Origin: the human T2T-CHM13v2.0 reference genome, Homo sapiens
Assembly (NCBI RefSeq): GCF_009914755.1
Contig: NC_060931.1
Strand: one strand, 5' to 3'
DNA: 64,000 nucleotides
The translations under genes were made by a program, and so were the position numbers. Below the pieces are notes generated by a model. The model did not search any database and was not told where the DNA came from. It saw only the letters and a list, made by a program, of their open reading frames with translations. Positions 25,133 to 40,560 of the stretch are shown here, in pieces. The number at the start of each line of letters is the position of its first letter. The first letter of the stretch is position 1.

Positions 25133-28049
25133 TGACGTGGACGGATGGGAAAAACACAAAACAACCAACAATAATTATGAGCGGCCAATGGGGGTGGTAA
25201 ATACCAATACTTTCCAAGAAACTGAAAAATCAGACCAAAAAATAACTCTTCTCTTAAAAAAATAAAGAAAAAGTTTGGCAGGATGCCTTGCAGAAAAGAA
25301 AATACTAATCTATCCAAGCACTTTTCACTTTCAGCATGAGCTACATTTGTTTTGTTTTCCTTCGCTTCCTTTCTGCCTCACAAAGCCCTATCTTTTCCTT
25401 TTAGACAGAGGATATGGTTTGGAAATTGTCAGGCACTCTTATGGTTAACGATCTACTTGAAGGGGCTGGCGGGCTCACAATTATTAAGTGGTTAGTAACT
25501 GCTGAGGGTTCACTAACGTATTTCAGAGGAGCTAAAAAGACTAAAATTTAGTGTAAATAATAGAACTGCAGATAGTAGATACATACACAAAAAGAGGAGT
25601 GCTCAGTTTAAATGCATTATTGGAAATCTGAAATTTGAAACCTTGTAAGAATGTATACTTTACCTGCTGAGAAACCCTTGAATACAATTATTTCAGGTGA
25701 AAATGAGATTTTGGAGAAAAAAAAGTCTTTAAAACTTTCTACAATGGAGTAAAAGAAAACTTGAAATAGCTGTCTTTTTGGAAAGAATTTGGTGTTCTCC
25801 CCAAAATCTCTATCTGTAGAATACTTGAAACCCTTTAAAACATCTTAAAGCAAAACTTTTCACAAAATTATTTACTTAAGTGCTTTGTAGAAAAATTAAA
25901 ACCTGGCAAAATTCTGTTTGAATTGGAAATACTACTTCTATAAATCTTTTGACTTTAAAACCATGTTACTAATCTCACAGTAAATCAAATTTTTGCCTTT
26001 ATAAAACTGATTCTATGTTATAGTGTGAGGTAAGGCTAGGGAAATAAAAATTGATGCATTTTCAGTAGCACATATTTTGCAATGCATTATAATACTTTTT
26101 TCTTTAAAAATAAAAGTGAATAATTGTATGTCTTTAAGCTTAAGATAATTCATAAAATACATTTGTGTTAAGAGCATGTCTTCTAAAATAAGATCCAGTT
26201 TTCTGAACAAAATTTGTATTTATAAAGCTATCTATAATCTCATATACCTTATAAATTTAAGAAGGCAAATCATTAGATTTTATATTTACATAAAAATATT
26301 GGATCACTACAAGTCACTAATTAGACTTTAAGCCAGAGACACAAGTGGGAATCCTCCATTTTGATAATTGTTCACACTTATCATTTGCCTTTTAAAACAA
26401 GATTTACTTGCTGGTAATTAACATGTTTATATAATCCAGAAATAATTGCCAGCAAATAGGAAGCAGCACATCATGGCTAGAATTTATTTGAATAAATCAT
26501 TTATTAAAAAAATAGTAAGCTACAAATATTAAATTAACAGAGAAGTGTCTTTTCTACACTGGGTTGAATTTTTAGTTACTGAATTTGACAACAACCATTG
26601 CTAGATCAGAAATTCCATGATTTAGGTTACTAGATCATTTGGACAATGTAAAAAACAATGAAACTTTATTTAATTATATATGTTAGTACTGAGTGTTAAC
26701 TCTCTGTCCTCTTCTTTTCCTGATACTGCTATCTTTTATGTTAATTTATCATTGTTCACTCTTCCTGCTTATGGTTCACATTAAGTCCCAGTTGGTGAAA
26801 GCTTCAGACCCAAGGCAGTTTTACAATTGATTGTATAAAATTAGTAAATACCAGATTATTTTTGTTTATGGATAACTTCTGCTGTGGGTAACAGGTTATC
26901 ATAAGAAAATATGTTCAAACTTTTTAAACTGTGAACCAAATTCCAACTTCTTTGTTTAGGAGTCTTCTGAGAATTAATATATAGAACTCAAGAATAATGA
27001 CTCCAACCAGTATTTTCACACTACATACCAGATATTCTAAAGTTGCAAATCATCTTACAGGTATTTAAAAATTACATTTCATGGACTTATTTCCAAATAT
27101 GGTGGTGTAACTTACACTGAAAGACTTCTTAATGTCACACAAGGAATGTATTTCATGTGTGAACATTTATATATCAAATACCTGTACAATTTTGTTTTCA
27201 CTAAAATAAACATAAAATTTTAAATTTTGGTCTATAATTTTTAACTTGTTAAGGAAATGTGTAATTTAGTTACAAATAATAATTATATAATGTACACCTA
27301 AATCTAATTCATTTCTGATTTATATTGGCTATTTGAGTTTATAAAATATATTTTCCAGAAACTCAGAAATGAGATTTTGCTATAATGTACTACACAATTA
27401 TTTTAAAATACACTTCTAGTTTAACCTTGAAACAAGTTACCCTACTTTTTAACCTGATTTATGTGTTTGTGTACATGTTATCTTTATTGAGTAATAATCA
27501 TGAGAAACTATAATTTTAACAGAAATAGCATAATATAAATGCAGTACATTTTAATGCATTCTTCTTTCCCTTCTCAGACATTTCCAAGATATTTTCTTGG
27601 GTTTTCCCCTGAACTATATTACTGAAAGTTTGCTAAATAGCTTAGGAAAAGTCAATTGTATTATCAACTTTTTGCATTGTAAAATTCTGAGCTTTAAATG
27701 ATTTTTAAAGTTCAGTCTTCTAAATAAATTCTTTCTGTCAATTTGGAAATGACCTGGGTTTTTCTGTTTTTACTGTTGCATGTGATCTATTGCACTGCAT
27801 TTGAGCAGTGAAACTTGAAATGATTTTGATATCTGCCATGAGGGAAAAAATAGATATAAAGTAGTAGCTTATAACATTTAAGGAGGAAAAAACAAACATT
27901 ACTGTCTTTTGGAACATGCTGCTTCCATTGGTTCTACTACTCTATAATTTTCTTTGTGCAACATGTCAGTACTATGTTCATATTTGTATAATTGCCATCA
28001 TCTTTTTTAATTTTTCCCTTTTGATAGACACCCATATCTTCTTTTTCCT

Positions 28050-28067
28050 TTGTGTGTGTGTGTGTGT
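28050..28067. repeat. (TG)9 microsatellite
   Basis: Direct reading. Confidence 0.9.
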
Positions 28068-30009
28068 GAATACCTGTATGTTCTTGGCATATTGTTATGA
28101 CATGTTTGAAACATGTTCTTAAGATTCTTTCATCATCTATATTAGAATTCTGAGTAATCAGAAAAATAACTATGGAAATATACTTACAAAAGATGGTGAT
28201 AATCACGTTAAAATACCTATATTTTCTTTCTATTTACAGTGACCTGTAATTTTCACTGGTTTCTAACATTTCTTTTCTGAGATAATACTTGCATCTCAGC
28301 TGCACACATGGCCTAAAAATTGTGTTACCATAGCTGGTTTTGGTTGAGCTAAAAGGTGTTTACATGCTTTAGATAGACCATTCAGTTGCAGCAGTGGAGG
28401 TATAACACAGTGGGAGTGAACGATGATAAAGTGGGATCTCAGAGGTAGGAGGAGGGACAAAGAAGGCACCCGGGGAGAAACTTCTATGAATGGCCTGGCA
28501 TCAGGGACAAGTGAAGGAAGCACATGCTGAGGTCGTGGGGCTGAGAGATGCAGCCTCAGTGCTTATAGGTATGGCGTAGCCAGGCAACCCGATTCTTTCA
28601 GGATGAATGGCCTTCTGTGTCTATCCTATTATGCAATTAAATCTGTCTTATTAAATGAGGTTGTATACTGTATGACTCCATATTCACATGTAAATCTATT
28701 TTATGTTGTCTTATTCTGGATTTTTCCCGAAAATAACATAGAATGGAATTCTTTGCAGAATTCTTTGAATGCCTAGAAGAAAATATATCATAGCATATTT
28801 CTGTGGATCAAACATTTTCCATAAATTGAAGCGATAGTTTGATTTCTAAACCTTGTTATAAATTTGTTCAAAATTACTCATATCTTTGCATCCCCGGTAC
28901 CTAGCACAGTAACTGGCAAGCATTTTATGTCCAATAATTGTATGTCAACAGAAAAGTTGACTTTGCATCCTTTAGACCCTCTTCTTTGGAACTGCTTAAT
29001 AAAGTTTAAGGATCTACGTACTGATTTCAGGACCTCAGAAATGTGTTTTCTCTACCTACAGCTCTTTTCCTTGTTAGCCCTCTTCTCTAAGTCCTATCAT
29101 CCTTGCACGCTCAGCTCTTCCATAAAACCTTTGAGATTCCCTCAGCTGGAAGACATCCCCCTTTGCTCTAACTCCTTGAGGCAATTTGCTTTCTACCTTA
29201 CTAAGCCACCCTGAGTCCTCCCCAGAGCATCCAGCATGCTTATCCCTTTAGCAATCCTCCAACTCCTTGTTGTGTCCTCTGGCCCTAGTAAGTGGTCAAT
29301 AAATGCAGTAATAGTTCTTGTCCCCTTCTAGGAGTGTTACTGAGTCAAGCGGCCACAGAACAGACTGGTACACCGTGACATAACTAGAATAACATTTGAA
29401 AGTTGAGGACCAGTGTTCCATGTTGCTTAAACAGGAAAGAGCCAGGTCATCCTGCTACTTGGGGTAAATTTGGTGTGTTTTTTCTTGTGTTGCCGATATT
29501 AGTCATTTGAAACATTTTTGTCTGAAAGAAAATGTGTTTAGGTACATTTCTACATTTGTTTGAAAGACAAATTCCTGAAATCTTGGCTGAAAGAAAGTGT
29601 GTTTAGATAAATGTCTCTGTTTCCTCAAAATTCCAATTAAATAAATTTTATTTTAAAAGAGCAAGTACCAGACTTTGAGGTAAACTAGATACTATATAGC
29701 CCAGAGTTTGGAAAGATTGCTAATTTTATTTGCCAATATCCTTAATATCTATGTGACTGTGTCCTAAAAGATAAAATCCTTGATTTCTAAGTCAGAAGAC
29801 TTGTGTTTTCATTCCCAGTTCTTCCTCTCTCGGTACTTACTATTCATTGCATCCTCGGTGACCAGTCATTTAATTCTTCTGACCTTCAGTGTCTACGCCT
29901 ATTAAACGGGTTTTCTAATCATTCAGAAAGATATTATAAAATAGTCTGGAGAGAGACAACAAATAATTTTATCTTCACAAGAGAAGATATGGAGATATAA
30001 TGGAGGTTG

Positions 30010-30150
30010 CTGTTCTGGGTATTGAAAGACCTGAAATTTAAACTGGAGTTGGCCACAGACTACCTGTATGACCTTGGGCAACACACTAAACCCCTGGGCT
30101 TTAAGGTCCTCATCAATAAATGAGATGATTGGACTGGATGATTTCTGTAG
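30010..30150 (+). mobile_element. MIR SINE fragment
   Basis: CTGTATGACCTTGGGCAACACACTAAACC...CCTCATCAATAAATGAGATGATTGGACTGGATGAT. Confidence 0.6.
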
Positions 30151-31580
30151 CTGCTGCAGCTTGAAAATGCTGTAGTTCTGAGCAGCGTGATAAGCCAGGT
30201 GCCATCATTATAGATCTGTTTTTATAAACCCCCTAAACAAGAGTAATATCAGAGGATATGACTCTGATGTCTGCAACCTAGAGAGGTTTCTGGATTTCAA
30301 ATGTGAATTATATTGAGTTATCTCTAACTTAACCCTGTAGGTTTTTAAGACTGAATAGAAATGACGACTTCTAGAAAAACATTAGGGAAATTCACTAGTG
30401 TTTTCATTAGAGATGGGGAAGGAGCAGCTAGGCTTGATTATTTGGCCAAAGCTAAAAGTGATAAATTAATCAGCCCTCATTAACAAAAATGTGATAAATA
30501 AATTACAATAGTATACATAGAACCAGGATATCCAAGATTAGAAATCTTGGGTTATCACAGAAATTCTTCAAAGATGTCATGAAGCTTATTTGTAAACTAT
30601 TAAAAACATCAGTGCCAGTTGGACTCCAGTGAGAAAGTGGGAAGGTGGGGGTGGGAGGGTCAAAGGCAATATACTGTGAATTTGAGAGGTTCCAGCATAT
30701 TTCTGGAGCTATTGATTAAAAGCCGTTATTAAAACGTGAGTAGAGGAACAGCTGTTCTCTCTGTGTTCTTATTTTCCACTGCATCAGACCATGTGCATTG
30801 TTTGAAGGTCCTCTCTAGATGTTCAGGGAAGGGAAATATAGGTAGGTAGGACCAGATAGTCATGGATTGAAAGTCTGGCTTTATTGTGTAACCTTGGGCT
30901 AGGTTCTTAAGCTTTCAGATCACCAATTTCCCTTATCAATAAAGTAGGGATACTATAATCTGCCACATTAGGCTGGTGTGAGAATTAAATAAGTGCTTGC
31001 TATATGCATTTTGGATTTAATGGCCATTTAATAAATATTTGTGTACAGTCAATATCCCTTTCACAAAATCATATTTTCCTTTTTTTTTCTCTTTCGGGGG
31101 ATAACTAATCCTTTAATGGACATGTCTTTCTTCTTAACTGGAATGAAACATCCACTCATTGCAGGAAAAGCAACCCAAGAAACAACATACCCAAGATTAT
31201 CTTGGGCCTTGACAAAAACCACAGCTGACTCTAGGTATGTGAGGAATGGAGGAGAGGGTGGATTTTCTCATTGGAGACCTCTCCTTCTTGTTCAGATCTT
31301 ATCCCAGTACTGCTGAATCTCCTTAGTCTGTTCCTTGCTGTTTTTCTTACCCTTTTCGTTCCATGTAGTTCTGTTTTTCCTTTTCTTACTGCTTTGGTGT
31401 GGCCCAAGGACCACCCCATTATGTCCCTTAAATCTATACCCCATATATTTGCTGGCATTTGTCTTTAAAACCCCATAATTTGCTGCCTAACTGCAAAAGG
31501 TCCCTCATTGGTTACTCTTCCATAGTCACTATGTCCCCTCCCATTTCTGTTGAAGTGCTGAGTGTCCCCCTGTTTGTCGC

Positions 31581-31923
31581 TGATATGGTTTGGCTCTGTG
31601 TCCCCACCCAAATCTTAAATTGTAATCCCCATGTGTCAAGGGAGGGAGGTGATTGGGTCTTGGGGGTGGTTTCCCCCATGCTGTTCTTGTGACAGTGAGT
31701 TCTCATGAGATTTGATGGTTTTATAAGGCAATTTTCCCCGCTCTTGCTTGCTCTCTCTCCTGCTGCCTTGCGAAGAAGGTGCCTCTTTCCCCTTCCGCCG
31801 TAATTGTAAGTTTCCTGAGGCCTCCCCAGCCATGCAGAACTGTGAGCCAATTAAATTCCTTTGTTTATAAACTGTCCAGTCTTGGGTAGTATCTTTGTAG
31901 TAATGTGAAAATGGACTAATACA
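31581..31923 (+). mobile_element. THE1 (THE1C/D-like) MaLR solo LTR
   Basis: TGATATGGTTTGGCTCTGTGTCCCCACCCAAATCT...GGACTAATACA; 5-bp TSD GTCGC/GTCAC. Confidence 0.92.
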
Positions 31924-33337
31924 GTCACCTTGTCAATCTCTTCCCTACCACTTGCCTTATCTTCTTGGCTTAGCATGACTTTGCATTTCCTACTGCACAC
32001 TCTCTCCCTAAAAACACTCAAGGGGAGCTACCACACTTGCCCCTCACCTTTTTTTTTTAACCTCCCATGGATACTTCCACAGTTCCTTGGCTTCTTAGCC
32101 TTCGATATGCAAATGTTACCTTGTCAGCCATTTTTTCTTACAGTTTTCTTATCCCTATCCATAGGCCATCTGGTACCTTGACCACATAGTTCCTGTACTT
32201 TTCTTCTCCACTGACTCCTACTAAGAGAGGCTATAAAAATGTATATAGGACTATATGCACAGGACTATAAAGGATGATGGACTCAAAGGTGGGAGGGACT
32301 GAGGACTTTCTTTATATCTGAGTCCTAGTCCAGCATCCTCAGACAGTAAGTACAGGTTGAATGAAAGATATATCACAAGAAACACAGGTGTCATCAGATA
32401 ATTTTCCACCTCAGAAGTCACCTGGTACACACTTCTAGGCCACATCTTACTTACCTGTTTTGTTATAATGGATTCCATGTTATCTCCTTTGAGGATGAAC
32501 TCTTAGGCAGGGCTGGTAAAGGTCTTCATTTTTATTGTTCTGACACCCTCAGTCTCCATCTTTGGGTTGCGCCATCATGGCTTCCCTCAACAGGAGCATA
32601 TAGAATGGTGGATGGGAAGCTCAGGAAGCTAAATCAATCTGACCCACCCAGGTCCATGCTACGCCAAAAAGAGCCATGAAATCCAGGCAGGGAAGCTTAA
32701 ACCTGATTATTAGGCAGAAAACACAATTGATTTGAGATCTGCCAGCAGAAAAGGTAGTTCTTGGAGCAGTGATAGGACAAAAGCTGCACAAGAAAGATGA
32801 CTTGGCAGTTGCAGGCGCAGGACATGGGAGTCAGAGAGGCCAATCTTCAGGATCCTATAAGTGGTGAAAAGACCCCGGGTAATAGTCTAGGAAAGAGGGG
32901 AAAAAAAGAATGTCTACCAGGAAGAATTCAAAGTAAACATTTGACAGGATTTGGCTAATAAGACAAACAGAATAATGAGAAGAATCCTGCCAGGATAGCT
33001 CTAAGCACTTTACGTAATTTGCCTATTTAAACCCAATTATCTCCATTTTGCAGACAATGAAACTGAAGCAGAGGACCAAACTCCTTATTAGGTTTTGGGT
33101 TTGAGGTATTAAAAAAAAATGGTGCAGCTCACAAGAGATAAAAGAAAGATGGCAAAAGAAGATGACTTGATGAAGGTTTTGAATTTGAGATGACAAATAA
33201 AAATATCTAGTGGCACAGGGAATAGAGAACTTTTCACCTTTGCCTAGCTCTGCCTTAAGATAACACTCAGACCTGCCATCCTAGAGAAACCCACTGCTGT
33301 TTCCACATGACATTCTACTTTTCTTCTTTCCTATCTG

Positions 33338-33479
33338 TGGGGCCAGCTTCATGCGTCCTTCAGTGTAGCACAGTTCCTAGACTTGGTATAATTTCTGCTT
33401 TGCCATCTTAATAATTTTTGAATTAGGTGTCCCACATTTTTATTTTGGACTGGACCATGCAGATTATGTAGCCAGTGCT
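33338..33479 (+). mobile_element. MER91A-like hAT-Tip100 DNA transposon
   Basis: GGGCCAGCTTCATG...CTTAATAATTTTTGAA...ATTATGTAGCCAGT. Confidence 0.65.
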
Positions 33480-33896
33480 ACCTACCCGATGGAAGGTCTG
33501 GGGTGGACATTCCAGATGTGGGCATTCATTTTACACTTCCAGCCTCCTTCACCTTCAAGGGATGTTTGCTCCTTCAACTCTCATGAAATTGTTCTTTCCA
33601 ACACCATCACTGATGCACTCAGATGCAGGTTTTCTTAGTTGTTAGGCTCTGCAATTCTAACACTGGTTTTCAATCTTTTCTCAAAATTATCTTCTCTCTT
33701 AGCTGTCATGACAGACGACTTCTGCCATTTCTTGACTCAATGTTCTTTTGTCTTGCATTGCCAGCTTTTCCTCCTGGTCCTGCCTGACATCTGGAGGTTT
33801 CTTCTAAGACTTAACAATCAGCAGTTGAATTGTTCCTCTACAAACTCATTTACTCCCATTGAAGTTATCAAGCCTTCCCCTGTGCTGTGCACATAA

Positions 33897-34621
<725 letters not shown>

Positions 34622-34899
34622 TCCAATCCACCCTCTTCTGTGTTTGCTAAAAGAGCAGCTTTCTTTAATAGCACACCACTTGTAGGCAATGCTACTGTAT
34701 TTCCCTAGTCAATTCTCTATCCTGCTTTCCAGAGATTATTTCATTTCTTCTCCTATCTTCCCAAATCTCCAGCACCTTCTTCCTGGCCTCATTGTCATGA
34801 TGGCTTTGCTTTTTTATTTCGTTGAGAAAATAAAAGACATCAAGGGAAAAGTCCCATGCACTTGCCCTGCTCACCCTTCTTGAACTGCTGCCTTCAGTG

Positions 34900-36119
34900 T
34901 TCCCAGGACTTCACTCTCTTGCTTCTTCTCCTCCCTCACAGCCTCTCCTACTCCCTCCCTTGTTGGTTACATCTTCCTCTTCCCGATCTCTAGATTGCTA
35001 TATTCTGGGGCTTGGTGCTCAGACTTCATCTTCCCCTCTCCACTCTCACTCTGGGTGACCTCATCTAGTTCCATGACTTTATGTATTATTTGCATACTGA
35101 CACTCCAAAATTTATATCGCCATTCGGATATCCTCTTTGAATTCCAGACATGTATATCCATCTGCCTACTGGATGTTTCTGCATAAATGTCTAACAGACA
35201 TCTCAAACTTACACATCCAAAACTGACCTCCCTAAATTCCTTCACCCGCATTTTTCTTCATCATAGTAAATTAAGAAATGCGTTCTTTGGTCACTTAGTC
35301 AAAAATTTACCAACCAAGTTTGACTCCTGTCTTTTTTGCATACGCTATAGGCAATCCATCAGCAAATCCTGCTAGCCTTATAGACACAGCTCGACTACTG
35401 GTGCAGCCACCTTCATCTTTCACCTGGTCTGTTGCATGTGTTGCAATAGGCTCCCAGCTGATCACCCTGTTTCTGTCCTTGGCCCTCTGCCTTCTGCACA
35501 CAACAGTCAAAGTGATCCTTTTAAAACCAAAGCCAGATCATATCAGTCCTCTTCAGTATTCAGACCCTTCAGTGACATTTCATTTCTCTCAGAGTAAAAT
35601 CTAAGTCCCTTCCATGGTTTGTAAGTCCTTACACAATCTGACCCTACTCCACCACTACTCTGATTCTTCTTGTCACTCTCCCTCTTGCTTTCTCTATGGC
35701 ATCTGGACTGGCTCCCTTGCCATTCCTGAACTCACCAAGCACATCACATCTCTGAGCCTTTGCACTTTGTTCCCTATGGCTGAAAACTCTTCACCTACAG
35801 GTCTGTCTTCCTCACTTCCTTCAGGGCTCACTCAAAAGTCACCAGAGGGGCATTCTCTGACCACCCTACCTAAATTGCATTCACCCCAGTCTTTCCCCTT
35901 CTCCATCTTAACTTCACTTTATTTTTTGTTCTCAGCAGTTGTCACCATCTGACACACTATAGGGTTATTCATTTATTTGTTTAGTGTCAGCCTCCACCAT
36001 ACCCACCAGAATGTTTTCTACAGGAGAGCAAGAACTTTGCTATATATGCTCTTGTATTGCTAAAACAAGCATTTGGCATATAGTGGGCACTAAATAAATA
36101 TTTGAATGAATGAATGAAC
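34900..36119 (+). mobile_element. L2a LINE 3' portion
   Basis: CTGGATGTTTC..AACAGACATCTCAAACTT; ends GGCATATAGTGGGCACTAAATAAATATTTGAATGAATGAATGAA. Confidence 0.85.
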
Positions 36120-36539
36120 TCCCCTTTTATACCTGGGCTTGCAACTGGCCTGTCCTTGGCTGGGTTACAGTTTACTAGTTGAGAATAACTGTCTATAATA
36201 TGTACCTTAGTGTAATCTTCTTAAATTTAGGTATTTTATATTAAACCAATTTCCTACTAGCAGCCTTTAGCTGGGATTGTTAAAGGTATTACTTAAGGAT
36301 AATTTGTCTCACACACCAAAGACAAAATTCAATATAAAATTACTAAGACTATAGGGTAAGTATATTCCATTAATTGAAATTATCTCCTACACTGGAATGT
36401 GTGTGTAACAAATAAGAGTTTTGTTTAAAACATTTGTCTTTCCTCATAGAGAGTGAGAAACAGTTTGAAAGCCAGAGGTGGCCAGATTCAAGTCTCAATC
36501 CATCAGCTTATCGCTTCAGCTTCTTGCATGCTTGATGAG

Positions 36540-36950
<411 letters not shown>

Positions 36951-39539
36951 ATATTCCTTCTGAAAAAACAGCTGTCACTCCTTAGAGTTTTACTGTCCTT
37001 GTTCCTGTGCACCTGGCACAGGATTTACTGCATTGCACTGAGTCCAATGGGTTACAGTCACCACACCCTTTGAGCCCTTGCTTCCTTCCGTTCACCCTTT
37101 TTTTCCGTTTTCTTCTCTTCCTTCTCTCCCTCCCTCCCGCCTATAAGTTCTGCCTTTCCTTACTTTTTTCTATACATCCTCTCTCATACACTACAGTCTG
37201 TTCTGCATTAGCTCTCTATCTTCTCTCTTCCTTCTGCTGTTTCTGCTCTCATTCACAGAGTTAGAATTCTGCAGGAGAAAGACCTGTCATGTCACCAGGA
37301 AGAGTCCTCATAGGCAAATCTTTCACAGTTCTCACTTCCTAGATAGAATTTTGTTCTTTCAAGCAGCCCCTACTTTTAGAGCTCAGAGACTCTTTATCAA
37401 AGACTCCTCGTTCAAGTTGATCAGAAATGCCATCTCAGCACTTTTAACCCATGTGTGGGTTGTACCAGCAATGTCTGTTTCTTTAGAAAACACTGACTCG
37501 TCTTATCAACAATCACGGGCTAACTGTAAAATCAACCATAACCAATTGTCTTGCTTGCTGCTCCTAAGGGACATTGATAAAATAATGCGGTTGCTTTGGT
37601 GCCTAATAAAGTTCAACTCCAATGATGGTGAGAATGTAGGAAGGAATGAAAGACATGTTCAGTGGAAACACTTTTTTTTTCTTTCTTCTATTAGATTAGG
37701 AATTCCTCAAGTGAAGAGACCATGCATGCTCTATTTATTTTTAATATATATGACTACTGCCCAGCTTAGTGCCTTACTATACATGCTCAGTAAGTAAATG
37801 TGCCTTGAATTTTTGCTTCCCAAGAATTAGGCAAACATGGTAAAAAATTCTGAGAATTCAAAGCCTAAAACCATGAATAAGGGCAGTGCTTTGTGTGATT
37901 TTCATTTGGGCAGCCTTGTAAAACACACAATTTGATGCACTGAATTGTCACACTAATGAAATAATTATCACAGATCTCTATAGTCTTATTCATTTTTATA
38001 ACATCTCTTTTGTGACAATTATTATTATAAGTTATGGTGAAATGTAAATATATGTTAATTCTTTCTGTCACTTGAAAAACTCCTTGGAGAATTAACTCAT
38101 AATTTACTCCACACATTCTACACCTGTTTGCTGAATAAATGAAAGAATGGTTAAATGAATGATGTTATACTTATATTCATTCAGAATGTTTGAAGAAGTC
38201 TACATAATTAAATGATTTTAATAAGTAAAAGTTAGTATCTGTAGAATCTACGTGGGTTATTATATTAGGCTATAAAATCAAGTGAATATAAATTTATATT
38301 AAACATAGTGTTATTTTTTGTTGTTCAAAAGGCACTTCAAGATCTTTAAGCTACAAAATTAAAGGAAACCAACAGGTCTCCTAAAAATATATCTTCATCT
38401 TTTGTTTTGGTCTACCAGTACTTTACTATGCCTTTAAAATAAATCTGCCTTTCTAGTTGTATAGATTCGGAATAAAAAGCAACTTTATATTCTGTTGGAA
38501 AGTTTTAGGAAGGTTAAATTACTTTGAAAAAGACTATAACACCAAACCAAAGTGATGAAAATGTTTGTGTTTTAATTTTTCTTCAATCCATTTGTATCTC
38601 AACATATTACATTTCTAGACAAAACTGGTTTGTACATCTCTCTTGCTTGAGCAGGAGGAAATCATTATAATGGAAAGAATTATTGAAAATGGTCCATGTT
38701 GTGTAATTCCCAGGATAAATGGGCTGAGTAGCAAATATTTCTGTTGTGAACTGTTTTATACCTAAATGTGCATTATTAAACCCATTTGTTGAACACATTG
38801 AAAGATCAAATATCTTCCTAACCCGACACTGGAAGATGTTTATTTGCCATTCTTCTCCTTCCCCTGCTCAGATCTTGGCTTCCTGGAATTCATCCACATT
38901 TGAGGGGCAAAAAATCATAGATGAAGAAATCAGAAAAACAGAATTTAAAATTTATAAACATATTTTAAACAAGATCATAAGAAATTCAAAATAGTATACA
39001 TAATAGAAACAGCATGTGGGGAAGCATATAGAACAATGTGGTAAGTGACCATTTTTTACATTATCATAAACATCCTATACATTTGAAGAACGTAGAAAGC
39101 ACAGTAGTCACCAGACTGTAAGAATCCGAAGGTAGCAAAAAGAATGCTCATGATCAGAATGGTTCGGGGGTGGTTTTATGCACCTTCTGCTTTTATAAGG
39201 ATATAACTTTAGATATACTGTGTATTTAAGTAATATGTATTTAACTATTGCCCTTTAAAATATTACATATCCAATCAGGTTGTTTTTATTTCAGCTGGAT
39301 TAATCTTATGTATGCCCAATTCCATATTCCAAACAACCCTAAAAACCTCAGTTAAAAAAAAATCGCTGGAATGCTTCAATACTAGATTTGAAGATAATAG
39401 TAGCAGCTGGAGTAGAAGGAGCAGAAAGCTGCTTTCTACCCCAAAATAAAACATTCTTTCTCTTTGATGATTCTTTTTCTTTCTTTTCCAGTAACTCTAC
39501 TTTTTTTTTAGAATTGTATTGAAAGTAGCACATTCAGGT

Positions 39540-40560
39540 ATAGATTCATTTATTCATTCATTCGGTAAATATCTACTGGGTATCAACCCTGTGCCAGCTC
39601 TAGACTAAGCACTGGGACATGTTATAAGAAACTTTTAATGTGGCACTGGACTTCAGGAGAGATCTCAAGGCTAAAAATATAGGATTGGGGGTTAGGTAAA
39701 TGGTGGTAATAGTGCCTTTAAGGCATATGGAAATGGAGAGAGTTAAGTGAAGAGACATCTGTATATTGAGGTGAAGAGGAGGGGAGGGTAGATGAGACCA
39801 GTTTGTAGTTGATTGCTTCAGAAAGTCGTTGCATGAATGGTATAGAAAAGATACAAAAGGCTTTGGGTAAGTGAGTAAGAATGATTGTAGAGCTGTTAGG
39901 GAGAATGTTCCCAGCAATGAATCAGAGGATTGTTGTTGGCGTTTCCAGCACAGTGGAAGCTAGCATCAGTATGTTATAGTGAGCCAGGGCAGTCCCAGGT
40001 TTTCTCCAGCAATGCTCATCAGCAAAAGCAGAAAAATTAGAGAGTGTGTATGATGTAAGTTTGCCCACTGATTTGGTGGGTAATGAGAACTGAGACTCGG
40101 TGTTAGAAAGGATGATAAAAAGGGCTGAAAAGAAGAAACTAGAAGAACCTTCCTTTTTATAGAAAGTTAATGGATGCATTAAACTATGAGGGTTTTAGTG
40201 TTTATCGAACTTGGTGAGCAGAAAACAAAGAGGGAGATGGGAAGGTGGAGAGGTACAGTGGTAGAACCGTGATTGTGTGTGGAGAATGAATATTCTTAGC
40301 ACTGGTAATAATTAAATTCAGCGAATGATCTTGCTGGTGCATCACTCAGGTTGGGTGGGGTTGGAGGATTACAGGTAGCAAGATTATGGGATTATATAGT
40401 TGAGGTATCTCATGGGTCCCTATCATGAATTTTGAAGTTGTCAGAGGTCACGATGAAGAATAACGGTGTGGAGGAAAATCAAAAGCCACGTGCTGCATTA
40501 ATTTAGAAAGTGGAAGTGGGTCTCATAGGAGTTCAGTAAACAGCAGCCATGGTGCCTTTA
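39540..40560 (-). mobile_element. L2 LINE fragments
   Basis: ATTCATTTATTCATTCATTCGGTAAATATCTACTGGG...GTGCCAG, followed by purine-rich L2 antisense tract. Confidence 0.55.

Larger units (their letters stand above)
20860..25145. promoter_or_regulatory. CDK6: CpG island / bidirectional promoter region of CDK6
   Basis: Abrupt shift from AT-rich, CpG-poor DNA to GC-rich, CpG-dense sequence; many GC boxes; E-box CACGTG 24527-24532; kB-like GGAATTCCC 22990-22998; spans both first exons and exon 2. Confidence 0.93.

Noticed and set aside
21428-25317. Many overlapping 60-236 aa ORFs in the CpG island
   Set aside because: Expected from stop-codon scarcity in GC-rich DNA; low-complexity R/G/P/A content, no recognisable domains, many non-ATG starts
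37351-37797. 148-aa + strand ORF in unique sequence
   Set aside because: TTG start, no recognisable motifs or flanking exon structure; length compatible with chance
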